This document shows positions 8,014 to 16,715 of a DNA stretch of 36,637 nt, in pieces. Position 1 is the first letter of the stretch, and every line of letters begins with the position of its first letter. Both the position numbers and the translations under genes were made by a program. The notes beneath the pieces are model-generated. The model did no database searches. It was not told the origin of the DNA and was given only the letters and a program-made list of their open reading frames with translations. This DNA is from a virus (Duplodnaviria > Caudoviricetes), in the IMG/VR virus record IMGVR_UViG_3300033149_004981, positions 1-36,637 of that record; one strand, 5' to 3'.

Positions 8014-8175
8014 GCTTCTTAAAAAACTTCATTAAAATCAATTTCTTTTTACATGCCTTTTTAGGTATATCCTTTTTTTCATAAGTTCAGGCTAATAATT
8101 GCCTTCGTACTAATTATACGTATATGTTCTTTTATAATCTTATGATAGATATCTTTTCACCATCAAAAAAACAAC

Positions 8176-8208
8176 TTGATTTACCGTGGGTTATGTACAT
8201 ATTATAAT
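8176..8208 (+). promoter_or_regulatory. Putative promoter for the head operon
   Basis: TTGATT/TTTACC followed by TATTATAAT (TTTACC-N17-TATAAT), about 40 nt before the 8250 start. Confidence 0.45.
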
Positions 8209-8249
8209 TACAGAATGTTTTGAAAAACAATTGAGGGGAAGATGACAAA

Positions 8250-10091
8250 ATGCCGGTTCATACTGGAAAAGATAGTAAAGGTTGTTTTGCTCAATGGGGT
8301 AGTCAAAAAAAGTATTATTATACTTGCGGCAATACAACGGCTCGCAAAGCAGCTAAAGCCAAGGCTGCCAAGCAGGGGGCTGCTGCCCGTGCCGCTGGTT
8401 TTCGGGAGAATGAAATGATATTTCAAAAAGTAGTTACCAATTTTACAGGGAACGTCAGAAATGATACTATGGAAGGTCGTGATTTTTTAGTGGCTCCTAT
8501 GATTATGATGGTTGAGGGGGTTCACGAAGGTAGCGAAGGGCCTCTTTACTACCCTGCCACAGAACTTCAGAAAACTCCGGCTATATGGAATCATAAACCC
8601 GTTGTTGTTTATCATCCTCAGGAAAGGGGGCAAGGGGTAAGTGCTTGCGACCCTGATATCCTAACCAACCGCAAGGTAGGTGTTATAATGAATACTACTT
8701 TTGAAGATGGTAAATTGAAGGCAGAAGCTTGGTTGGAAGTTGACCGTATGAATAAAGTGGATGAACGTATAGCAACAGCCATAGAAAATAATGAGACAAT
8801 GGAATTGTCTACCGGTTTATTTACTGATAATGAAGAAGTGGAAGGAGAATGGAATGGGGAATCTTATATAGCTATAGCCCGTAATTATAGGCCCGACCAT
8901 CTCGCTCTTTTACCGGATATAAAAGGAGCTTGTAGTATAGAGGATGGGGCTGGTTTTTTGCGTTTGAACGAAGAGGGGGATTTTGTAATGAATCCTGCTC
9001 CGGATGTAACAGAAAAATATATCAGGATTCGTCAGAAAAGTCCTGGTTTATTTAAGGAAGGTTCTTTTAGAACTATTACCGTTTCCAGTTCTAAAGGAAT
9101 TAAGGCTGTTGCTGGAAGATTGAAAAAGCCTCCAAAAGGGCAAGAGGGTTCTTTAGTGATTCAAACTTTCTTGTTTGATAAGAAGAAATGGACCACTGCC
9201 AGAGCCAAAGCATGGGTTAAAGACCATAAACCGACCTCCAATGAAATGAGCCACGGTAATATTCGTTCGTTATTGAATTCTTTGCTTAGGGTTGATAACG
9301 ATGAATTATGGGTTGAAGAGGTTTACGATGACTTCTTCATATATGAGCATGCTGGAACATATTATAAACAAAATTACAAGGAAGAAAAGGATTCTGTTAG
9401 TTTTGAGGGAGAAAAAGAAGAAGTCACAAAGGTTACGGAATATAGGACCAAATCAGGTTCTTTTATTGGTAATGAAAACAATAATGATTTTAGTAGAAAG
9501 GAAAAAATAATGAATAAGTCTAAAATAGTTGATGCTCTTATTAAGAATGAGAGCACCCAGTGGGCTGAGGATGATAAGGAGTCTTTGATGGAGCTCTCTG
9601 AAGACATCCTCAACAAAATGAGTCCGGTGATGAATGAGGAGGATGATAAGGATGATGATAAGACAACTGAGGATAAGGCTGCTGATAATAAGGCTTCCGA
9701 GAATGCTGATGAGAATAAAGGTACTTCTGAAGAGAACCCGGAAGAAAAGGAAACAACTGAGAATATGACAGCAGAGGATTACATTGCCAAGAAGGTTCCA
9801 GCTGAGTTAAAAGAGGTTCTCCGGAATGGTTTGAGCTCTTACAAAGCCGACAAAGCCAGATTGATTGCTGTCATTACAGCAAACAAAAAGAGTACATTCA
9901 CCAAGGAACAATTGGAAGCAAAGGGTTTAGAAGAGCTAAAAGCCATTGCAACTCTCGCTTCTAATACTGAAGAGCAAGAGACTCAGCTACAGACCCTCAA
10001 TTATGTTGGACAAGGCGATGCGGCTCAACAAGAAGAAGAAACACCTATGGAAATGCCTACGATGAATTTTGGTGAAAAGAAAACGGCGTAA
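8250..10091 (+). CDS. DUF2213-family head maturation protease/scaffold polyprotein
   Basis: WNHKPVVVYHP, ELSTG, NYRPDHLALL and GACS..DGAG motifs, acidic low-complexity C-terminus, located before the decoration and capsid genes. Alternative start at 8415. Confidence 0.8.
   Translation: MPVHTGKDSKGCFAQWGSQKKYYYTCGNTTARKAAKAKAAKQGAAARAAGFRENEMIFQKVVTNFTGNVRNDTMEGRDFLVAPMIMMVEGVHEGSEGPLYYPATELQKTPAIWNHKPVVVYHPQERGQGVSACDPDILTNRKVGVIMNTTFEDGKLKAEAWLEVDRMNKVDERIATAIENNETMELSTGLFTDNEEVEGEWNGESYIAIARNYRPDHLALLPDIKGACSIEDGAGFLRLNEEGDFVMNPAPDVTEKYIRIRQKSPGLFKEGSFRTITVSSSKGIKAVAGRLKKPPKGQEGSLVIQTFLFDKKKWTTARAKAWVKDHKPTSNEMSHGNIRSLLNSLLRVDNDELWVEEVYDDFFIYEHAGTYYKQNYKEEKDSVSFEGEKEEVTKVTEYRTKSGSFIGNENNNDFSRKEKIMNKSKIVDALIKNESTQWAEDDKESLMELSEDILNKMSPVMNEEDDKDDDKTTEDKAADNKASENADENKGTSEENPEEKETTENMTAEDYIAKKVPAELKEVLRNGLSSYKADKARLIAVITANKKSTFTKEQLEAKGLEELKAIATLASNTEEQETQLQTLNYVGQGDAAQQEEETPMEMPTMNFGEKKTA
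9510..10091 (+). CDS. Probable nested in-frame scaffold protein (193 aa)
   Basis: The internal ATG at 9510 is preceded by this phage's GAAAGGA RBS at normal spacing; the product is acidic and helical. Confidence 0.6.
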   Translation: MNKSKIVDALIKNESTQWAEDDKESLMELSEDILNKMSPVMNEEDDKDDDKTTEDKAADNKASENADENKGTSEENPEEKETTENMTAEDYIAKKVPAELKEVLRNGLSSYKADKARLIAVITANKKSTFTKEQLEAKGLEELKAIATLASNTEEQETQLQTLNYVGQGDAAQQEEETPMEMPTMNFGEKKTA

Positions 10092-10133
10092 AAAAATAAA
10101 AAAGAAAAAATAGTTTTTTTGAAAGGTAAGAAA

Positions 10134-10583
10134 ATGAGTAATAGGATACATTGTAAAGGTACTTTCCGTCATGAGGAAGCCTATGCCAACGAAGCAGACA
10201 TCTATCCGGGCATGTTACTTCAATTGGATAGTAACGGGGAAGTAGGTATGCATGACACGGAAGGTGGAACGATTGGGGATGAGGTATTGATAGCCGAGGA
10301 AGATGCTCTTCAAGGCAATGCGGTGGATACGGTTTATGCCGATGGTGCTATCGTTAGCTATCTTATTCCCAACAAGGGTTCGGTTGTTAATATGCTTCTT
10401 GAGGATGGGCAGGACGTAGACATCGGCGAAAAAATAATCAGTGCCGGTAATGGTTTGGTAAAATCCTACGATGATATAGGCAGTGGTCGTACTGTATCTC
10501 ATGTGCTTGGTATCGCTGAGGAGGCACGTGATTTGACTGGCAGTACGGCAACAAACACCTTGATACCTGTTCGTGTAGTGTAA
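10134..10583 (+). CDS. Head decoration/cement protein
   Basis: About 150 aa directly before the MCP; IYPGMLL, VDIGEKIISAGNGLVK and VLGIAEEA beta-rich pattern. Start moved to ATG 10134 after GAAAGGT. Confidence 0.7.
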   Translation: MSNRIHCKGTFRHEEAYANEADIYPGMLLQLDSNGEVGMHDTEGGTIGDEVLIAEEDALQGNAVDTVYADGAIVSYLIPNKGSVVNMLLEDGQDVDIGEKIISAGNGLVKSYDDIGSGRTVSHVLGIAEEARDLTGSTATNTLIPVRVV

Positions 10584-10633
10584 AAGATGAATACAAAATT
10601 GAAAATTAAATGTTAAATTGAAAGGATAGTATA

Positions 10634-11719
10634 ATGGATTTTATTTTGAATGGACGAGCTACTGGGGATGTAGCTACTAAATTGCTTCGGTGTAATTTTG
10701 ATGCAAATTGCCTACGTCCTTATATAGGCAATGATGGTAGGAGTTACATCACAGTAAATCAGAATGGGACACCAAAAGCTGTTCCCATAGGAAATGCTAA
10801 TGATTATGGTAGTGGTGGGGTAACGGCTACATTGAGAAAGGATGATTGGAAAATTCTTGATGATGCTATTATCAAGGCAGCCAAACCCCGTTTGAAAGCG
10901 GTTGCGGACCTTCGTGCTGCGGGCCTTACCTTTACCATTCCAAATGGAATGGGTAAAACAGTATTAGAAACGGAAACAATGAGTGATATAGGCCCAGCCA
11001 GTGTAAGTATGGATGGATTAAGGGAGAATCAAAATGATAGGCCGGTGTTTGAGCTTACCAATTTGCCTTTGCCTATCATTCATAAAGACTTTTCCTTTAG
11101 TGCCCGTCAAATAGCAGCCAGCCGTAATGGTGGCTCCCCTTTGGATACTACTTCAGCGGAGTTGGCCAGTCGTAGAGTAGCAGAAGAAGCAGAAAAACTT
11201 CTATTGGGTGTTAGTACGGTTGCCGACCAATATTCCTTTGGTGGTGGGGTTATTTATGGTTACACTGATTTTCCAAATGCTTTGACTCGAACCATAACGG
11301 CTCCCACCGGTGCTGATGGGCAAGGTGCCACGTTTTTAGCTGATGTTATGGCTATGATACAACAAGCAAAGAACGCTTATCATTATGGACCATACATGTT
11401 ATATGTGGCTTCGGCGTGGGACCAATTCTTGGATGACGACTTTAAGGCTGCTTCTGATAAAACTATTCGCAACCGTGTTAAGGAGCTCGCTGATATTCAG
11501 GACATCAGAACTTTAGATTATCTTACCGGTACTTACGACGTGGTTTTGGTTCAGATGACTACTGATGTGGTTCGTGAAGTAATTGGTATGGACATTACGA
11601 CTCTTGAATGGGATACAATAGGCGGTCTCCAAAAGAATTATAAGGTTATGGCTATAATGGTTCCACAGCTTCGAGCAGACCAAAACGGTAGAACGGGTAT
11701 TGTTTACGGGTCTGTTTAA
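10634..11719 (+). CDS. Major capsid protein (HK97 fold, encapsulin/linocin-like family)
   Basis: 361 aa, TLRKDDWKILDDA, LPLPIIHKDFSFSARQI, YGPYMLY, KVMAIMVPQLR; position in the head module. Confidence 0.88.
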   Translation: MDFILNGRATGDVATKLLRCNFDANCLRPYIGNDGRSYITVNQNGTPKAVPIGNANDYGSGGVTATLRKDDWKILDDAIIKAAKPRLKAVADLRAAGLTFTIPNGMGKTVLETETMSDIGPASVSMDGLRENQNDRPVFELTNLPLPIIHKDFSFSARQIAASRNGGSPLDTTSAELASRRVAEEAEKLLLGVSTVADQYSFGGGVIYGYTDFPNALTRTITAPTGADGQGATFLADVMAMIQQAKNAYHYGPYMLYVASAWDQFLDDDFKAASDKTIRNRVKELADIQDIRTLDYLTGTYDVVLVQMTTDVVREVIGMDITTLEWDTIGGLQKNYKVMAIMVPQLRADQNGRTGIVYGSV

Positions 11720-11782
11720 TTAATTTGATAACAGTGAGATGAATTAAAACTGAAGAATGGTTTATTTTGGAAAGGATAAAGT

Positions 11783-12238
11783 ATGTTATTCAGATTGAAA
11801 CAGAGATGTGGTAATCATGTTGAGAACGGGAAGATATACGAACCGGGGGATATTATTGAAACTGGCCGTGATTTATCTTCCAAATTTCGTAACAAGTTTG
11901 AAAGGATACATGAAGCTTTAAAAGATACGGGTAAGAAAGATACTGATGAAATTAAAAGACCTAACATACCTCCTTCGGTGGGTGAGGGCGGCGATACGGG
12001 ATTAAACCCTTCCCCAGAGTCCTCACCCATTTCAGATGAAGAAATTGTTGAGGAAAATTTAGAATATGGTGAAGATGTTACTTCCGAATTTCCAACTGCT
12101 GAAAAGTTAGAAGTAAAGGTCTTTGAAAAGTCCAAATGGTACACAATAGTAGATACCTCAGACGGTGAAGTCCTTAACGAGAAGAAGCTTCGTAAGAAAG
12201 ATGTTATTCCCTTTCTTGAACAATATTTGGAGGACTAA
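11783..12238 (+). CDS. Hypothetical head-associated protein
   Basis: Follows the MCP; HVENGKIYEPGDIIE N-terminus typical of post-capsid genes; GAAAGGA RBS. Confidence 0.65.
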   Translation: MLFRLKQRCGNHVENGKIYEPGDIIETGRDLSSKFRNKFERIHEALKDTGKKDTDEIKRPNIPPSVGEGGDTGLNPSPESSPISDEEIVEENLEYGEDVTSEFPTAEKLEVKVFEKSKWYTIVDTSDGEVLNEKKLRKKDVIPFLEQYLED

Positions 12239-12864
12239 TGCCCAAATGGATTCCGAATCAAATATGGCTCAATCAAGACGTTTTTATAATAGGTGGAGGA
12301 AATTCACTAAAACGGTTTGATTGGAACCTTCTTAAAAAAGAGAACACCATAGGATGTAATGATGCTTTCAAGCACGGAGCCGAGATTTGTAAGGTTTGTG
12401 TTTTCGGGGATAGTAAATGGTTTGAAGCCCATAAGCATGAATTAGAACTTTACAAAGGGGCTGTTTTTACTAATGTTTCCCGGTTGTATAAAACGACTTT
12501 GGATTGGCTTTGGGTAATGAAACGTCAAGCAACAGGTCTTCATAGGGATGCTCTTGGTTGGAATTACAATACAGGGGCTGTCGCTATTAATCTTGCCCTA
12601 TTATTAGGTGCCAAGCGAATTTTCCTTTTAGGATTTGATATGTGCCTATCAAGAAAAGGAAAACAAAATTGGCACCCTAATAATTTGGATAAGCCAAATC
12701 CAGAAGTATATCTCAAATTTATAAAAGGATTCAAGAAGGTTGCTAAGGATTTAAGAGAAAAATTTCCTGATGTAGAAGTATTTAATGTTACCGACAATAG
12801 CAAATTGGATGAATTCCCAAAAGTAGGAATGAATGAATTTTGGAAAGAAAGGCAATTCAAATGA
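12238..12864 (+). CDS. Maf/DUF115-like (CstII sialyltransferase-like fold) putative transferase
   Basis: VFIIGGGNSL, TIGCN, NTGAVAINLALLLGAKRIFLLGFD; paralogue of 29827-30480. Confidence 0.7.
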   Translation: MPKWIPNQIWLNQDVFIIGGGNSLKRFDWNLLKKENTIGCNDAFKHGAEICKVCVFGDSKWFEAHKHELELYKGAVFTNVSRLYKTTLDWLWVMKRQATGLHRDALGWNYNTGAVAINLALLLGAKRIFLLGFDMCLSRKGKQNWHPNNLDKPNPEVYLKFIKGFKKVAKDLREKFPDVEVFNVTDNSKLDEFPKVGMNEFWKERQFK

Positions 12865-13202
12865 AAATTTATCTAATATTATTGATGTTACTCCTTGTCT
12901 TTTTTATTGGCGGCTGTACGGAGTCAGCAAGTGTTGCAGGTGGTGCCCTTGGTATGAAAATAATAGCCGAGGAAGCCCAAAATAGATTGGTGGACGCAAT
13001 TAATGTTTTGAATGAGGAGACAATAAGAATAAATAATACTATTGATGAAATAGAAGGCACTGTATTAATTAAGCCAGAAACTTTGAAAGCGGTGGAGGGG
13101 ATAAAGGAAAGAGAAAAAGACCCTGTAACCTGGATAGCTTTGGTATCATTATTATCGAATGCTTTTTTAAGTGGTAGAGGTATTAAGAAGGTTAAAAAAT
13201 GA
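12861..13202 (+). CDS. Lipoprotein with a C-terminal hydrophobic segment (spanin candidate)
   Basis: MKIYLILLMLLLVFFIGGC lipobox, helical middle, WIALVSLLSNAFL followed by a basic tail. Confidence 0.6.
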   Translation: MKIYLILLMLLLVFFIGGCTESASVAGGALGMKIIAEEAQNRLVDAINVLNEETIRINNTIDEIEGTVLIKPETLKAVEGIKEREKDPVTWIALVSLLSNAFLSGRGIKKVKK

Positions 13203-13606
13203 AATATCGAAAACTAAAAGGGTATAAATATGAATTGATGGAAAGGGAAGAAACCTTAATTGGTATTAAAGGTATTAGTATTCGTAGTCCATATATTTCT
13301 TTGTTGGTTACTGGAATACTACGTGTCAAAAAACATTATGCTTGGGATGGTCCTTCTGGGCCTACTATCGATACCAAAACTTTTATGCGAGGTTCCTTAT
13401 TCCACGATGCTTTATATCAATTGATGAGGGAAAATTTACTTGATAGAAGGTATAGGAAACTTGCTGATTTGCTTTTAAGGAGAATATGTTTAGAAGATGG
13501 GATGAATCCATTTAGGGCTTGGTATGTTTATCATGCTGTAAGATTATTTTGTAAAAAGAATTCTTTACCACGTACGAATCCACGGGGTAAAATTATTGAA
13601 ATTTAG
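13199..13606 (+). CDS. DUF1353-like protein
   Basis: YAWDGPS, SLFHDALY, RKLADLLL and RAWYVYHAVRLF motifs. Confidence 0.7.
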   Translation: MKYRKLKGYKYELMEREETLIGIKGISIRSPYISLLVTGILRVKKHYAWDGPSGPTIDTKTFMRGSLFHDALYQLMRENLLDRRYRKLADLLLRRICLEDGMNPFRAWYVYHAVRLFCKKNSLPRTNPRGKIIEI

Positions 13607-13618
13607 GAAGAGGATAAA

Positions 13619-14035
13619 ATGGCCAGAACAACCAGTGATTTAATAGAAGAAATTATAGAAGTAGATTCTGGTATAGTTCTTACTCCTTTTATTTCTGCTG
13701 CCAGTGCTATAGTAACCCAATGTTGTACCAATTTGGCTGTTGATTATACCGCTGCTCATCTTGTAGAAATAGAAACCTGGTTGGCAGCACATTTTTATAC
13801 GATTAGGGAAGGAAGGGTATTTGAAGAACGAGCAGGCCCAGTTAGTGAGAGAAAACAATCCAAAGTAGATTTAGGGTTTGCCCTTTCTCATTATGGACAA
13901 ATGGCTATGACATTAGATTGGTATGGTGGTTTGGCTGCTTTGAATGAAAAAATTAAAAAAGGAAAAGTAAGAGCTCCAGGTATTCATTGGTTAGGTAAAA
14001 CAGAAGATGAAATGGGAACCACATTGGCAGATTAA
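13619..14035 (+). CDS. Head-tail adaptor protein
   Basis: IETWLAAHF and SHYGQMAMTLD motifs; neck position. Confidence 0.7.
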   Translation: MARTTSDLIEEIIEVDSGIVLTPFISAASAIVTQCCTNLAVDYTAAHLVEIETWLAAHFYTIREGRVFEERAGPVSERKQSKVDLGFALSHYGQMAMTLDWYGGLAALNEKIKKGKVRAPGIHWLGKTEDEMGTTLAD

Positions 14036-14050
14036 TCGAAAGGAATAAAC

Positions 14051-14263
14051 ATGGCTCTAACTGAAGGGGATAAGGCAGAATGCAAAGAGATAGCAAGGGA
14101 AATTGTTAAAGAGGTTTTGGTGGAGCATATAAACAGCTGCCCTATAGGGAAAACACTAATGAAAAATAGAATGCTCTTGATAGGTATAGTAATAGGTAGT
14201 ACCTTAGCCGGTGGTGGAGCCGGTATAGGTATTGCTAATCTCTTGATGAGGGTTAATCCATGA
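14051..14263 (+). CDS. Small membrane protein (holin-like candidate)
   Basis: 70 aa with a C-terminal hydrophobic stretch LLIGIVIGSTLAGGGAGIGIANLL; GAAAGGA RBS. Confidence 0.55.
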   Translation: MALTEGDKAECKEIAREIVKEVLVEHINSCPIGKTLMKNRMLLIGIVIGSTLAGGGAGIGIANLLMRVNP

Positions 14264-14604
14264 GTCTTATTGTAAGAATGAGACGTCAAAATGCGGTGTA
14301 TTGGCCTTTTGATTCTGTTGACCAATTTGGTAAAAAGGCTGTAGGTAGCCCTGTTCAAATAAAGGTTAGATGGGAAGATGTTTCTGAGGAGTTTTTAGAT
14401 AGTAATGGTGAAATTCAGATATCTCGCTCTAAGGTATATGTTGATAGAGATATGGAGGTTGGTGGTATATTAATGCTTGGGACCACCGTTGACATTACCG
14501 ACCCTATTGATGTGAAAGAGAATGATGGGGCTTGGGAAATAAGAAAGTTTGAAAAGTTACCTACTTTAAGAGCAACAGAATTTTTAAGGACGGCGTATTT
14601 ATAA
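14260..14604 (+). CDS. Head closure (stopper) protein
   Basis: DQFGK...IKVRWED...DSNGE...SKVYVD beta pattern; neck position. Confidence 0.7.
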   Translation: MSLIVRMRRQNAVYWPFDSVDQFGKKAVGSPVQIKVRWEDVSEEFLDSNGEIQISRSKVYVDRDMEVGGILMLGTTVDITDPIDVKENDGAWEIRKFEKLPTLRATEFLRTAYL

Positions 14605-14963
14605 TGGCCAGTATGATAAAAATTACCGGAATGAGGCAAGTCCTTAGCAATATGAAAAAGGCTACGGGAACCTTTGGAAAGAAGTTTGAAAGAGGATGTA
14701 AAAATGCTGGATTGTTTGTCCAACGGGAAAGTCAAAAAATAGTCCCGGTAGATACGGGGAATTTAAAGGGTGGTGCTTTTACTCGGAATGTAGGAGGAAA
14801 AGAATGGGATGTTGATGTGATTGTAGGTTATGTTGCTGATTATGCTGTTTATGTTCATGAGGATTTGGATGCCAAACATAATCCGGGACAAAGAGCAAAA
14901 TATTTGGAAGCGGTATTTAAAGAACAAAGGGATGAAATTTTTAGGATTGTCGCTGCTGGTTGA
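14604..14963 (+). CDS. HK97 gp10-like neck/tail completion protein
   Basis: SQKIVPVDTGNLK, YAVYVHE and AKYLE motifs. Confidence 0.8.
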   Translation: MASMIKITGMRQVLSNMKKATGTFGKKFERGCKNAGLFVQRESQKIVPVDTGNLKGGAFTRNVGGKEWDVDVIVGYVADYAVYVHEDLDAKHNPGQRAKYLEAVFKEQRDEIFRIVAAG

Positions 14964-14965
14964 TA

Positions 14966-16705
14966 ATGTTAATAAAAACCATACATCATAATATGTTAGC
15001 AGGGTATGAGGCCAACGAACATATTGATTGGACTAATACCAATGCCAATCTTTTAACTTCCGGCATTATCACAGTCTCCGGCTCAACCCGTAATTTGTCG
15101 GGCATTATAGAAGTTTTTGCAGATACCAATGATTTTGATGATTATGATGGCGTTGCTGGTAGTTGTGCCTTTTTAAGCGAACTTGCAGTTGGCGATACAG
15201 TAAATCTTGGCGGTGAATCTAAGACTATCGCTACGATTGTCGATGACCATACCGCCACAATTACGGGGACTTGGACAGATTCCCATTATGGCACCGCAAC
15301 AGTAAACATAGCTGATTCCACTTTAGACAACGGCTTACTCTCCTTAGGTGCAGGCCGAATGACAGGCTTGCGATACACTGGAGATGGAGATACAGGCTTA
15401 AGGCGAGCGGGGCCGAATATACAGGAGCTTATCTGTGGTGGCGAAGCGACTGTAACATTTAGCACAGATGAAGTTAGAGTAAAGACAGCAGGTACAGTTA
15501 ATGAGGGTCTTGTTCTTGAAGCGACTGCTGGTGGTTCAGGTTTTATGCTCACGGGTGGCAACGCTGATACGTGGAAATTCAAGGCTGTTGACGGTGGTGG
15601 TTTCAAAATAAGAGACCATTCAGCCAGTGCCGACCGATATTTAATAGATGCAGATGGCCATCACGACTTCAAAAGCGGGAATATCACAACTTTAGGTACA
15701 GTTGATGCAACGGGGTTATTTAATACAAATGGAGATTTACCGTTAAATGCCGGTGCACAAGGTGATATTGTACTTTTTGGAACTACTGATGTTGATAACG
15801 CTGCCAATGGGAAAAAATTGATTGTTCATCGCAAAGCGGCCGAGTTTGATAGACAATTTGAATTATACATAAATAGTCTTGGCTCAGCAATCTTTGAAGC
15901 GAATGCTAATATGCTTTTTAATGCTCCATCTTCGTCTATTTATTTCCGTGCTCAGGCAGGTGGAGCTATAAATTTTGCGGATAATGTAGCTACTAATATA
16001 ACTCTGGGCAAAGGTGGAGGTTATACAAGAATAGGTTCAGCGGCCAGTTATACGAATATTAGTAACTTAGGCCACATTGCGCTGCCTGCCGGTACTGCCA
16101 ATGCCGCACCGTTAAAGTTTACAGCAGGACCGTTACTCGAAAATCCAGAGGCAGGCTCTATAGAGTTTTATGATAACAGATTCTATATTACTAATATAAG
16201 GCATCAACGTGCGATAGACAGAACATCTGACGTTGCTGTTGAGACGGTAACTTGTGATGGTGCAGCGAAGCCTGGAGGTAATTCAACTGATGAGGTTACG
16301 TTATGGACTGGAGTAATGGAAGCTAATAGTTTGGTGGCTGGTAATATGTTTACCTTTCACGCTGACGGAGTAGTAGATAGCGCAAGCAATGGTGATTTGG
16401 TTACACTTAGAGTTAAAGTTAACGACGTTACCAAAGCTACATTGCAGCAGGACACAAAAAAGATGGTAGGTGCCCATTGGCATATAGACGCTAATGCTAC
16501 CCAGAGAACTATAAATAATGGAGGCAATGGTTCGAGAGCTATCCATATTCATTTAGAGATTGATGAGCTTAATAGCCACGTACTCGGTGTCGTAGAAATA
16601 GACACTACTGCCTCTATGGATGTAACCTTAACAGCGCAATGGAATAACGAGGACGCAGGAAATGTACTAAGTTTGTATCAAGGTTATATGGGATATAAAA
16701 ATTAG
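14966..16705 (+). CDS. Fibre-like structural protein (collar/whisker or accessory fibre)
   Basis: Gly/Thr/Asp-rich beta-structured mosaic, GDGDTGLRR and AGTANAAPLKFTAG fibre-type segments, followed by chaperone-like small genes. Confidence 0.6.
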   Translation: MLIKTIHHNMLAGYEANEHIDWTNTNANLLTSGIITVSGSTRNLSGIIEVFADTNDFDDYDGVAGSCAFLSELAVGDTVNLGGESKTIATIVDDHTATITGTWTDSHYGTATVNIADSTLDNGLLSLGAGRMTGLRYTGDGDTGLRRAGPNIQELICGGEATVTFSTDEVRVKTAGTVNEGLVLEATAGGSGFMLTGGNADTWKFKAVDGGGFKIRDHSASADRYLIDADGHHDFKSGNITTLGTVDATGLFNTNGDLPLNAGAQGDIVLFGTTDVDNAANGKKLIVHRKAAEFDRQFELYINSLGSAIFEANANMLFNAPSSSIYFRAQAGGAINFADNVATNITLGKGGGYTRIGSAASYTNISNLGHIALPAGTANAAPLKFTAGPLLENPEAGSIEFYDNRFYITNIRHQRAIDRTSDVAVETVTCDGAAKPGGNSTDEVTLWTGVMEANSLVAGNMFTFHADGVVDSASNGDLVTLRVKVNDVTKATLQQDTKKMVGAHWHIDANATQRTINNGGNGSRAIHIHLEIDELNSHVLGVVEIDTTASMDVTLTAQWNNEDAGNVLSLYQGYMGYKN

Positions 16706-16715
16706 GAGAATAACA

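Noticed and set aside
10634-11719. Cellular encapsulin
   Set aside because: The terminase, portal and tail context shows it is the phage capsid protein.
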